62,506 nucleotides of DNA, filler included, from an uncultured bacterium (GCA_964371695.1; 9 parts of 9 records of this genome joined end to end with filler, not necessarily neighbours in it), one strand, 5' to 3'. Shown: positions 9,200 to 17,773, counted from the first letter of the whole stretch. Notes: generated from the letters alone by a model not told the origin. Numbers and translations are program-made.

Positions 9200-10186
9200 A
9201 TGGCCAACAAACCCAAAGCCGCATTGCCCTCCCGGTTGCTGGCGGTGTCCAGCGCAGAGCTGGCGCTGTTTCAGGACAGCGTGGCAAAAGGGGCGCTGGA
9301 ACCCTGGGCCAGATGTTTCAAATCCTTCAAGGGCCGCGTGGTGTGTACGGGGGTGGGCAAAAGCGCCCCCGCCGCCCAACTGCTGGCCGAAAGCCTGGCC
9401 ACGCTGGGTGAAGACGCCCGGTTTGTTCACCCCGTCGAGGCCCTGCACGGCGCGCTGGGGCGGTTTGGTCATCAGGATCTGCTGGTGGCTTTTTCGGCCA
9501 GCGGCCAAACCCGCGAACCCCTGCGCCTCATGCGCTGGGCCAAAGAGCAGAAAGCCACGGTGGGTCTGGTGAGCGCCGAGGCCAACAGCCCCATGGCCAA
9601 AGATGCCCAGCTCACGCTGCTGGTGGGGACACAGGCCGCCGAGCCGATTCCTTTGCTGCCGTTGGTGAAGTCGGGTCTGCTGCTGAACGCCAGTCAGGCG
9701 CTGGTGGCGCTGTGGTACGACATTCGCCCGCTCAAGGTTCCTGATCTGGCCCGTTTTCAGCCCGACACGGCCCTGGCGCGCATCGAACTGTTGAAGGTGG
9801 CCGACGCCTTGCGCATGCGTCAGAAAAACCCGCTGATCGGCCCCGAAGACACGTTGCAGGACGCCCTTTCGGTGCTCACCAAAGAGGGCCTGGGGGCGGT
9901 GTCGGTGGTGAACGAGGCGGGCCAGTGCGTGGGGATTCTCACCGACGGCGACGCCCGGCGGCTGTTGCAGAAATCCCAGGGCAACCTGGCGCGGCTGTTT
10001 CTCACGCCGGTGTCCAAGGCCATGACCCCCTCGCCCCGCACCGTGCGGCGCGACAGCCCGGCGCAGGACGCCATCGCGCTGTTCGAGGAGTTCAAGGTCA
10101 CCGTGTTGCCCGTGACCGACGCCAAGGGCAAGGTGGTGGGCATGGTTCACCTGCATGATCTGGTAGAGCTTGGGTTTAACCTGTAG
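9200..10186 (+). CDS. KpsF/GutQ-family SIS + 2xCBS protein (divergent, possibly catalytically altered)
   Basis: 'GRVVCTGVGKS', 'HPVEALHG', CBS 'GILTDGDARR' and 'VGMVHLHDL'. Confidence 0.85.
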   Translation: MANKPKAALPSRLLAVSSAELALFQDSVAKGALEPWARCFKSFKGRVVCTGVGKSAPAAQLLAESLATLGEDARFVHPVEALHGALGRFGHQDLLVAFSASGQTREPLRLMRWAKEQKATVGLVSAEANSPMAKDAQLTLLVGTQAAEPIPLLPLVKSGLLLNASQALVALWYDIRPLKVPDLARFQPDTALARIELLKVADALRMRQKNPLIGPEDTLQDALSVLTKEGLGAVSVVNEAGQCVGILTDGDARRLLQKSQGNLARLFLTPVSKAMTPSPRTVRRDSPAQDAIALFEEFKVTVLPVTDAKGKVVGMVHLHDLVELGFNL

Positions 10187-10220
10187 CGGGTGATGGACTG
10201 CTCCCTCTCTCCGTTTTGGA

Positions 10221-10305
10221 GTAGGCGCGGTGTCCCCACCGTGCATCGATCAAAAGAAAAATAAAGGGTTTTTGCCCTTCACGGCGGTGTGGACACCGCC
10301 GCTAC
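10221..10305. repeat. inverted pair of GTAG-type REP palindromes
   Basis: gtaggcgcggtgtccccaccgtgc (10221-10244) and cggcggtgtggacaccgccgctac (10282-10305). Confidence 0.75.
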
Positions 10306-10427
10306 TCCTGGTAGGTTAACAGCGATGCCATAAAGGTGAGAGGGGAACGATGGGGCCTTTTTATTTTTCCAACTTTCAGCCTCCGACTTCCTTCTTCCAA
10401 CGCTCACTTTTTTGCTAGGGTAGGGCC

Positions 10428-12299
10428 ATGTGCGGCATTGCCGGTTTTGTGGGGGCGGGAGACGGGGCCACCCTCACCCGCATGACAGACGCCTTGGTGC
10501 GTCGCGGGCCAGACGGGGCGGGGGCCTATGAGGGACCGGGTGGTGTGTTCCTCGGTCACCGGCGGTTGTCCATTCTGGATCACGGCGGCGGCGGCCAGCC
10601 CATGCGATTGCCCCAGGCGGGCCTCACCGTGGTGTTCAACGGCGAGATTTACAACTTTCAGGAACTGCGGCGCGAGTTGCAGGCCTTGGGGCATGAATTT
10701 TTCACCGACCACAGCGACACCGAGGTGTTGCTGCACGGTTACCGACAGTGGGGCACGGCGCTGGCAGAAAAACTCAACGGCATGTGGGCCTTTGCCCTGC
10801 TGGATGAACCCGGCGGTCAACTCTGGCTCAGCCGCGACCGTTTCGGCAAAAAGCCGCTTTATTACCACCACGGTCGGCAGGTTTTTGTTTTTGGCTCAGA
10901 GCTTTCTGCCCTGCGTCAGCACCCGGCGGTGCCTTTTGACCTCAGCCGTTTGGGATTACAGAAATATTTCGCCTATGGCTACACGCCGTCTCCCCACACG
11001 GTTTATGAAAACATCTGCCAGCTTCGCCCCGGCCATCACCTGCTGGTGAATCTGGCGGACAGGTCCATCAGGGAACAACGTTATTGGCAATTTGAACTGG
11101 AGCCGGACGAGGTCCTGGGTCACACGCCGGTGCAACAACTGGCAGAGGAATTGCTGGGGCACGTGGAGGCGGCCACGGCAAGCCGCATGGTGGCGGATGT
11201 GCCGGTGGGGATTTTTCTGAGCGGCGGCATCGATTCCAGCACCATCGCCGCTTTGGCGGCCCGCCACACACGCCCCGGCGAACTGCTCACGTTTTCCATC
11301 GGCTTTGAGGAAAAATCCTTTGACGAATCAGAATTTGCCCGGCAGATGGCCACCGCCCTGGGCACACAACATCACGAAGAAATTTTTTCGCTGGACCGCG
11401 CTTTGGCGGTGACGCCCCAGGTGCTGGGCCTGCTGGATCACCCCATGGGCGACAGCTCCCTGCTGCCCACGGCCCTGTTGTGCCAGACAGCCCGCCGCCA
11501 TGCCACCGTGGCCCTGGGGGGCGACGGGGCGGACGAACTGTTCGCCGGTTATGACCCCTTCAAAGCGTTGCGCTGGGCCGAGGCCTATGGGCGGCTTGTG
11601 CCCCGGTCACTGCACCGGGCGGTGGCTTTTCTGGCGGGGCGTCTGCCCACCTCGCATCAGAACATCAGCCTGGATTTCAAACTCAAACGCACGCTTTCGG
11701 GGTTGAATTATCCGCCCCGTCTGTGGAACGCCGTGTGGATGGGCCCCCTGGCCCCGGCGGAACTGGGCGAACTGTTTAGCGCGCCGGTGAATGAAGAAGA
11801 AATCTATTCCGAGGCCATTGATTTGTGGGACAGGTGCGCGCACCTTTCGCTGACCGACCGCACGCTGGCGTTTTTCACGGGGCTGTATCTGATGGACGGC
11901 GTGCTGGTGAAGGTGGACCGGGCCAGCATGATGCACTCGCTGGAGGTGCGCTCGCCGTTCCTGGATCTGAACGTGGTGAACTTTGCCCGCCGCCTGCCAT
12001 CGCGTTTCAAGTTTGAGGGAGGTCAGGGCAAGGTGTTGCTGCGCGAGGCGGTCAAATCCCTGCTGCCGCCCGAAATCCTGAACCGGAAGAAAAAAGGTTT
12101 TGGCGTGCCGGTGGGGGCGTGGTTTCGTCAGGGGCGGCTATTGCCCGTGGGCGGCGTGGCGCAGGAATTGCTGCAACCGACGTTTTTTCAGCAACGCCTG
12201 CAGGAACATCAGCAGGGCCGGGCCGATCACCGTTTGTATCTGTGGAACCAGTTGGTGCTGGAACACGTGCATGGCCGCCTTCAGAATGGACCGGCGTGA
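10428..12299 (+). CDS. asnB: asparagine synthase (glutamine-hydrolysing) family amidotransferase
   Basis: N-terminal MCGIAG, 'RRGPDG', 'GHRRLSILD', 'FNGEIYN', 'LSGGIDSS', 'GDGADELF' and 'SLEVRSPFLD'. Confidence 0.93.
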   Translation: MCGIAGFVGAGDGATLTRMTDALVRRGPDGAGAYEGPGGVFLGHRRLSILDHGGGGQPMRLPQAGLTVVFNGEIYNFQELRRELQALGHEFFTDHSDTEVLLHGYRQWGTALAEKLNGMWAFALLDEPGGQLWLSRDRFGKKPLYYHHGRQVFVFGSELSALRQHPAVPFDLSRLGLQKYFAYGYTPSPHTVYENICQLRPGHHLLVNLADRSIREQRYWQFELEPDEVLGHTPVQQLAEELLGHVEAATASRMVADVPVGIFLSGGIDSSTIAALAARHTRPGELLTFSIGFEEKSFDESEFARQMATALGTQHHEEIFSLDRALAVTPQVLGLLDHPMGDSSLLPTALLCQTARRHATVALGGDGADELFAGYDPFKALRWAEAYGRLVPRSLHRAVAFLAGRLPTSHQNISLDFKLKRTLSGLNYPPRLWNAVWMGPLAPAELGELFSAPVNEEEIYSEAIDLWDRCAHLSLTDRTLAFFTGLYLMDGVLVKVDRASMMHSLEVRSPFLDLNVVNFARRLPSRFKFEGGQGKVLLREAVKSLLPPEILNRKKKGFGVPVGAWFRQGRLLPVGGVAQELLQPTFFQQRLQEHQQGRADHRLYLWNQLVLEHVHGRLQNGPA

Positions 12300-12351
12300 C
12301 ACCCAGTGGGATTGCGCTAGATTTACCGGAGTAGCGGCGGTGTCCCCGCCG

Positions 12352-12564
12352 CCATTGCTGTTAGGTTTACCAGTAGCCCCGGCGTCTCGCCGGGAGAATA
12401 AAAACCGCCGCAGGCGGCACAAAACAGATGTTTTTCAGGGAAATAAGAAAAAAAACAAAAAGGTGCGCGCCTACGGCGCGGTTGATCCTCCCGGCGGGAC
12501 GCCGGGGCTACGGTAAAAACCCCCTACAATTCCTCTGTTTTCTTCATTAACCTGACAGCATTGG
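12352..12564. mobile_element. MITE-like element with imperfect terminal inverted repeats and internal REP pair
   Basis: Left end CCATTGCTGTTAGGTT; right end reverse-complements to CCAATGCTGTCAGGTT. Internal gtagccccggcgtctcgccggg ... cccggcgggacgccggggctac. The same terminus recurs at 41911-41927. Confidence 0.55.
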
Positions 12565-12712
12565 ACAGGAGTGCCCGCGCCACTGATACCAATTCTCTTC
12601 ACCCCGGCTGACTTCGCCACCCCTTTTTTCCAACTGGGCAATTAAACCGGGTTAATGCCATTTTGGTTGAAAATTGGTTTTATTTCTTTGCCGGGCCGGT
12701 GTAGATCAGGTG

Positions 12713-13153
12713 TTAGGATTCTTCATAAAGATCCGGGGCGATCAGGTCGTCGGGCCTTACGCCTTTCATTTCGGCGGGGGTGTAGTTTTCGTCGTGTTTG
12801 GCCACCACACTTTTGGCTTCAAACACCGCGCCCGCAAAATGCCCCTCGGCCAGCGCCGGTTTTCCCTCCTGAAAAAGGTCCGGCAAAATGCCCCGGTAGC
12901 GCACCCGCACCCCCGTGTCTTTTTCAAACAGCACAAACTCCTTGAGGGTGGAGCCGCTGTGGCGTTTGAGGCTGCCGGGCATCACCACGCCCCCCAGCCG
13001 CAGGGGCTGGGCCAGGTCTCGGGTGCTCAGGGTTTTCAGCTCAGAGGGACGGCGGAAAAAGGACACACTTTCCTGCAAATTGTTGCCGATCAGCAGGCCC
13101 CCCGCCGCCACCAGCGCCAAGGCCCCCAGCGTGAGTTTGGTTTTGGCGTTCAT
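12713..13153 (-). CDS. ccmE: cytochrome c maturation heme chaperone CcmE
   Basis: 'LRLGGVVMPGS', 'YRGILPDLFQEG' and heme-binding 'AKHDENYTP'. Confidence 0.93.
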   Translation of the reverse strand: MNAKTKLTLGALALVAAGGLLIGNNLQESVSFFRRPSELKTLSTRDLAQPLRLGGVVMPGSLKRHSGSTLKEFVLFEKDTGVRVRYRGILPDLFQEGKPALAEGHFAGAVFEAKSVVAKHDENYTPAEMKGVRPDDLIAPDLYEES

Positions 13154-13356
13154 GGCGCGGCCTCTTTGCTGTCCAGTTCAGCGCTCAGCCGCGCCACGTC
13201 CCTTATCCACAGGCCCCCCACCAGCCACACGACAACAAACACCACCCCAAACGACAAAAACACAAAGGTCAGTTCGTCGCGCCACTGGTTGCTGGGGGCG
13301 GTGCGGGCCGATTCCTGAAGTGTCTGGGTGGTGGTGTCTTCACCGGGGCGGCTCAT
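13150..13356 (-). CDS. ccmD: CcmD-like small membrane protein
   Basis: Single TM followed by a charged tail; lies between ccmC and ccmE with overlapping stop/start codons. Confidence 0.55.
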   Translation of the reverse strand: MSRPGEDTTTQTLQESARTAPSNQWRDELTFVFLSFGVVFVVVWLVGGLWIRDVARLSAELDSKEAAP

Positions 13357-13910
13357 GATTCCAGGGCCTCCTCTTCTTCACGTTCCTGTTTTTCGCGCTT
13401 CAAGGCCAGCAGGTGAAAACGGCGCGTGCCAATGGCCAAAAGCGCGCCAAACAGCATCAGCCAGCCCGCAACATTCAGCAGATAGGCATAGAGCATGAGG
13501 CCCTGAATCTTTGGCCCCGATGGCGACAGCACCGTGGCCCCCTGGTGCAGCGACGCCCACCAGTTCACCGACATGTGAATGACGAAATAACCCGGCGCGC
13601 CCATCAGCCCCATGGCGGCGGTGGCCACGGGGGCCTGGTTGCTTTCTTCAAGCGAGCCGCGCAGCAGCGTGGCCCCGCACAGATAAATGAACATGAGCGC
13701 CGTGCTGGTGAGGCGTGGATCCCACCGCCAATAGGCCCCCCAGGCCGAGCGGCCCCACAGGCTGCCCGTCACCAGCACCAGCCCCGCGCACATCAGCGCC
13801 ACGGCGGCGGTGGCGCGGTTCATGTGGTCAATCAGGGGCAGGCGCAGGCCCAGATACATGGCTCCGCCCGCCGTGAACCACAACAACGCCACCGCCATGC
13901 CAATGGCCTG
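13353..13910 (-). CDS. ccmC: heme exporter CcmC (5' truncated at contig end)
   Basis: WWD motif 'TGSLWGRSAWGAYWRWDPRLTS' and 'IHMSVNWWASLHQ'. Confidence 0.92.
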   Translation of the reverse strand, partial: QAIGMAVALLWFTAGGAMYLGLRLPLIDHMNRATAAVALMCAGLVLVTGSLWGRSAWGAYWRWDPRLTSTALMFIYLCGATLLRGSLEESNQAPVATAAMGLMGAPGYFVIHMSVNWWASLHQGATVLSPSGPKIQGLMLYAYLLNVAGWLMLFGALLAIGTRRFHLLALKREKQEREEEEALES

Positions 13911-14092
13911 NNNNNNNNNNNNNNNNNNNNNNNNNNNNNNNNNNNNNNNNNNNNTTAATTAATTAANNNNNNNNNNNNNNNNNNNNNNNNNNNNNNNNNN
14001 NNNNNNNNNNCCCTGGGACCAATCGCCATGGAGGGCAGTGGGCAGGCGGGAGCAGGAAGTCGGAAGTGCCGGAAATTTGGAAAACACCATTT

Positions 14093-14139
14093 CCCTCTCC
14101 CCTCTGGGGAGAGGGTGGTCCGTAGGACCGGGAGAGGGG
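14093..14139 (-). repeat. boxC-like composite palindrome, downstream of DUF559 gene
   Basis: Minus strand reads CCCCTCTCCC-GGTCC-TAC-GGACC-A-CCCTCTCCCC-AGA-GGGGAGAGGG. Confidence 0.85.
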
Positions 14140-14150
14140 TCAAACAAAAA

Positions 14151-14516
14151 TCACACCTTTTTTCTCTCCAAAACTTGTTCAGCGATTGCCTGCAACACGC
14201 TCTGTGTCCTCGCCATCACGTCATGGTTAAAAGCCCGCAAGACAAAAATCCCCCGTGAGGCCAAAAAATCTTCCCGCTTTCGGTCATGGGCAAGACCTTC
14301 GGCGGAAAGATGCTGACTGCCGTCAACTTCCACCGCCAGGGCCAGTTCGGGGCAATAAAAATCAAGCACATACCCTTCAATGACGTATTGACGACGAAAC
14401 TTCACCCCCAGCAGGTTGTGTCTGCGCAAATGCCCCCAGAGGAGTTTTTCGGCCATCGTGGATTCCCGTCTGAGCTGGCGGGAAAAAGCCAAGGGCTTGG
14501 CAGCGTATTTGGGCAC
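14151..14516 (-). CDS. DUF559 (Vsr-like PD-(D/E)xK) endonuclease domain protein
   Basis: 'RQLRRESTMAEKLLWGHLR', 'KFRRQYVIEGYVLDFYC', 'LAVEVDGSQH' and 'DRKREDFLASRGIFVLR'. Confidence 0.9.
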   Translation of the reverse strand: MPKYAAKPLAFSRQLRRESTMAEKLLWGHLRRHNLLGVKFRRQYVIEGYVLDFYCPELALAVEVDGSQHLSAEGLAHDRKREDFLASRGIFVLRAFNHDVMARTQSVLQAIAEQVLERKKV

Positions 14517-14560
14517 AAAAGTATTGTGGGGGAAAAAACTAAGGTGTTACCTATATTTAG

Positions 14561-14607
14561 CCCCTCTCCCGGCACTCCGTGCCACCCTCCCCCCAAAGGG
14601 GGGAGGG
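14561..14607 (+). repeat. boxC-like composite palindrome, upstream of DUF559 gene (inverted relative to 14093-14139)
   Basis: CCCCTCTCCC-GGCAC-TCC-GTGCC-A-CCCTCCCCCC-AAA-GGGGGGAGGG. Confidence 0.85.
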
Positions 14608-14722
14608 AAAAATAGGGGCCTTTTCTTTTTCCAGCTCCCAACTCCCAACCGCTAACCGCCAACTTCCAGCCCGCCCGTTTGTTTCCTGTCCGGCGACGGG
14701 CTAGGATGACGCCTGCGCGCTC

Positions 14723-15085
14723 ATGGCCAAAAGTTCCCAGGAAAAATGGATCGGTTTTTTGGGTCTGGTGGACTATCTGACCGAAAAATGGGAGGACTTC
14801 TCCTTTCAGTTGCACGACTGGCAGGAAGACGTCATGGAGCGCGGCGAAGAAGCCGATGAGGACTTCCGGGGCTTTTTAAGGGCCATCAGCCGCCGCAAGG
14901 GCACGCTGGGGGAACCTGCCGCCAACGGAGACGCCCCCCCCGGCCCGGCCCCGGCGCTGGAACAAACCAAAGCAACGCCATTGCGGGAGGCCCTCAAACG
15001 TGGTCCAATATCCACTCACAAGCCCAAGGCGGCGGAGGTGATTGAACAGGAAATTGACAGTGTCATACAACATTTAGAGGAATAA
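14723..15085 (+). CDS. hypothetical protein
   Basis: 120 aa ORF with GGA-type RBS, acidic helical N-terminal half and Pro-rich linker. Confidence 0.6.
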   Translation: MAKSSQEKWIGFLGLVDYLTEKWEDFSFQLHDWQEDVMERGEEADEDFRGFLRAISRRKGTLGEPAANGDAPPGPAPALEQTKATPLREALKRGPISTHKPKAAEVIEQEIDSVIQHLEE

Positions 15086-15092
15086 ATCGTAT

Positions 15093-15163
15093 TGCGGGAT
15101 CGTCTAACGGTAGGACACCGGGTTCTGGCCCCGACAGTCTAGGTTCGAATCCTAGTCCCGCAG
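15093..15163 (+). tRNA. tRNA-Gln (CTG)
   Basis: Acceptor TGCGGGA/TCCCGCA, D-arm gtctaacggtaggac, anticodon loop ttCTGgc, T-loop ggttcgaatcc. Confidence 0.93.
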
Positions 15164-15167
15164 CCCT

Positions 15168-15242
15168 GGCCCATTGGTCTAGTGGTCATGACGTCAGATT
15201 CTCAGTCTGAAAACCGGGGTTCGATTCCCCGATGGGCTGCCA
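15168..15242 (+). tRNA. tRNA-Glu (CTC)
   Basis: Acceptor GGCCCAT/ATGGGCT, anticodon arm tcaga-ttCTCag-tctga, T-loop ggttcgattcc, encoded CCA. Confidence 0.95.
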
Positions 15243-15280
15243 CCCAAAAAGTAAAACCCCCCCATTCTCCCACCCCAACC

Positions 15281-17773
15281 ATGACAAAAAACGCCGCCAA
15301 ACTTCGTGTGTCCTGCCTTGTGTGTTTTCTGGGTGTGGTGCTGTGGGCGCTGCCGGGCCGGGCGGCCACCCCCATCTTCCGGGTCAAGGCGCTGCTGGAC
15401 AAAGCCCAGGTGCTCCTCAGCGGCGGCGCCACCGATGGCCTGGAGGCGGGCGACGTGTTGTTTGTACACGACAACCAGCGCAACCTGGGGCGGCTCACCA
15501 TCAGCCGCGTCACCGAATCCGAAGCCTACGCCCTCATCACCCACGAACTGCGCCCCGGCGCGGTAGAGGTGGGCCACCACGTGGAGTTTGAACCCATCCG
15601 CGACAAACCCACCGACGCCAGCCCCCTGCCGCTCCGGCCCGGTCAGGCGCTCTCAAGCCCCGTGCGCGAGGCTGAAACCGTGGTGCTGGGGGCGCGTTAC
15701 AGCCCCAGCAAATTGCAGGAAGTGGATGACCGCATCAGGGCGCTCAAGCGCGAGATCAACCTGGGCGGCGAAGACGCCCGGCTTTATGTGGAACTGGGCG
15801 AGGCCTATCTGCTCAAAAACGACGTGGACACCGCTCTTAACTGGCTGAAACAGGCCGTGAAGCTGGAGCAGGACGGCGACTATGTGGCCCGCGGGCTTTA
15901 TCGCATTGCCCAGGGTTATGTGATGAGCGGGCGCAACGACCGCGCCGTGCGTTACCTCAATTTCATCACCGCCAATTACCCCGCCAGCCCCTATAACAAA
16001 ACCCTCAACCAGACCGCCCGCGAGGCGCGGGAAATGTTTGCGCGTTACCGCCTGGACCCGCCCGGGGGGCACCCAGAGACACGCCTGGAGCGCGGCAGCC
16101 CCCGGCCCTTCGCCACCAGCGGCATGCGCACGTTTGAAGTCCCCGCCAGCACCTCCAGCACACCAGCGGCTTCTTCCACCTCAAAGGAAGAAGAAAAAAC
16201 CAGCGAAGAATCCGTGCCCACCAGCAGCGCCAGTGAGGCCCCCGCCGAAGAAAAACCCACCGAAACCACCACGGCCCCCACCGAAGAAAAACCCGCCGCC
16301 CCCGCCCCCAGGGCGGCCCCCAAGGGAGACGGCGAAGAAGTGTTGAGCTTGCTGGAAATGGTCGCCAGCCCAGGTGGGTTTACCGGCTTTGGCAGCCTTT
16401 ATGCCACCCCCGTGGGTGTGGTGCGGCCCGGTGGGCAGATCAAGATTGGTCTGGCCCAGGCAGAGGACGAAGAGGGCAATGTCAACATGGACGCCGACGG
16501 CCAGTTTGCCGCCGCCAATGTGGCCGTGGGCGACAACATTGAGGTGGGCGCGGCCCGCTGGCGGATAGACGGCACCCGCACCACCACAGTGGGGGCCGTC
16601 ACAACCAAAAACACCTACGACTCTGATTACACCACCCTGGGGCTGAAATACATGGGCAAGGCCCGCCCCGGCAAGGCCCGTTATGGTTTGGCGGCGGCCC
16701 ACCGAAAAATCAATATCAATGTCATCAACGGCCCAAGCGGCGACGCCACCGAAACGGCCTTTTACGCCTTTGGCCGCTGGACGCAGGACCGTTCGGTGAT
16801 CCACGGCGGCCTCACCTGGACGGACACCGACGGCAACAACGACGAAGACCTGGGCTTTTTCGCCAGCTACGCCGCCCTGTTCGGCGACAACGCCCTGGGG
16901 TTTCTGGAGTTTGAAACCAACGACAACGACGACAACCTGAACGTGGGCCTGCGTTATCGCATGAGCAAGCAGTTCACCCTGCAGGCGGTGGCAGAGGACA
17001 TTCTGGACGGCGCGGGCAGTTATCTGCTTTCAGTGGACTACGACTTTGGCGGCGCAAAAGGCCGGCAAAAACTGGCTGAGAGCGAAGGCGTTGAAAATAG
17101 GGGGGGGGGGGCTTTAGAGAATCAAAGTCGTGACCCAAGGTTGTCATCTGGGAATACGGCGAATAAAGATAGTAAAGACATAATCACTTTTAACCCATCA
17201 ACAGACTTTTCAAAGATTAAATGGGCCGATGTAAAGATTGCTCCTGTTGTGGCATCGGATGAAATTGCGGTTAACCTTTTATATGCAAAAAAGAATGCAG
17301 ATATTGGTGTTATCCTCGGAAATATCCAGAACGAAGTGAAAGCCTTTGTTGAAAAAACAGGTGCCTTGCCACAGTTATCACGAGAATCGAATGCGTACAG
17401 CCTAATGCTTACAAAAGAGGGTATCGTGGTCCCAAACGAGGATTCTTTCGACAAAGTTTGCCGAGAGGCTTCAAACGCCCTGGTTGTCCAACCTGTTTTG
17501 CATTTTTATGGACAGCGGGCGAAAGAGAACAAATGGCAAGTTGGGCCTTTTGGCGGGCAACGCAAGGAGATCGGAACCGTTATGATAGAGCTTAATGTTT
17601 GTCGAGGAGGAGACTCAACGGTAATCTATAATTCTATTGTTGTTCGAGAAAGAGACAATCCGTCAAATTGGTGGAAAGCTGGTGGAGACAAGACGTCCGC
17701 CCAAGCTATCAATGATGGCTTGATGCCCTTGGTGCAAAAAGTCAAAGGGATGACGCACCTTCTTGACCAGTAA
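15281..17773 (+). CDS. exported multidomain protein: beta-domain, TPR, Pro/Glu/Thr linker, YjbH-like beta-barrel, low-GC C-terminal domain
   Basis: Signal peptide after ATG 15281 (the ORF-track start lies inside the tRNA). TPR 'LYVELGEAYLLKNDVDTALNWLKQA'. 'GFTGFGSLYATP' and alternating beta-strands ending 'YLLSVDYDF'. Confidence 0.7.
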   Translation: MTKNAAKLRVSCLVCFLGVVLWALPGRAATPIFRVKALLDKAQVLLSGGATDGLEAGDVLFVHDNQRNLGRLTISRVTESEAYALITHELRPGAVEVGHHVEFEPIRDKPTDASPLPLRPGQALSSPVREAETVVLGARYSPSKLQEVDDRIRALKREINLGGEDARLYVELGEAYLLKNDVDTALNWLKQAVKLEQDGDYVARGLYRIAQGYVMSGRNDRAVRYLNFITANYPASPYNKTLNQTAREAREMFARYRLDPPGGHPETRLERGSPRPFATSGMRTFEVPASTSSTPAASSTSKEEEKTSEESVPTSSASEAPAEEKPTETTTAPTEEKPAAPAPRAAPKGDGEEVLSLLEMVASPGGFTGFGSLYATPVGVVRPGGQIKIGLAQAEDEEGNVNMDADGQFAAANVAVGDNIEVGAARWRIDGTRTTTVGAVTTKNTYDSDYTTLGLKYMGKARPGKARYGLAAAHRKININVINGPSGDATETAFYAFGRWTQDRSVIHGGLTWTDTDGNNDEDLGFFASYAALFGDNALGFLEFETNDNDDNLNVGLRYRMSKQFTLQAVAEDILDGAGSYLLSVDYDFGGAKGRQKLAESEGVENRGGGALENQSRDPRLSSGNTANKDSKDIITFNPSTDFSKIKWADVKIAPVVASDEIAVNLLYAKKNADIGVILGNIQNEVKAFVEKTGALPQLSRESNAYSLMLTKEGIVVPNEDSFDKVCREASNALVVQPVLHFYGQRAKENKWQVGPFGGQRKEIGTVMIELNVCRGGDSTVIYNSIVVRERDNPSNWWKAGGDKTSAQAINDGLMPLVQKVKGMTHLLDQ

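Noticed and set aside
15093-15242. tRNA pair as prophage or island attachment site
   Set aside because: No integrase and no duplicated tRNA 3' end is visible on this contig.
15182-15280. N-terminal extension of the 863-aa ORF
   Set aside because: Overlaps tRNA-Glu; the signal peptide starts at ATG 15281.
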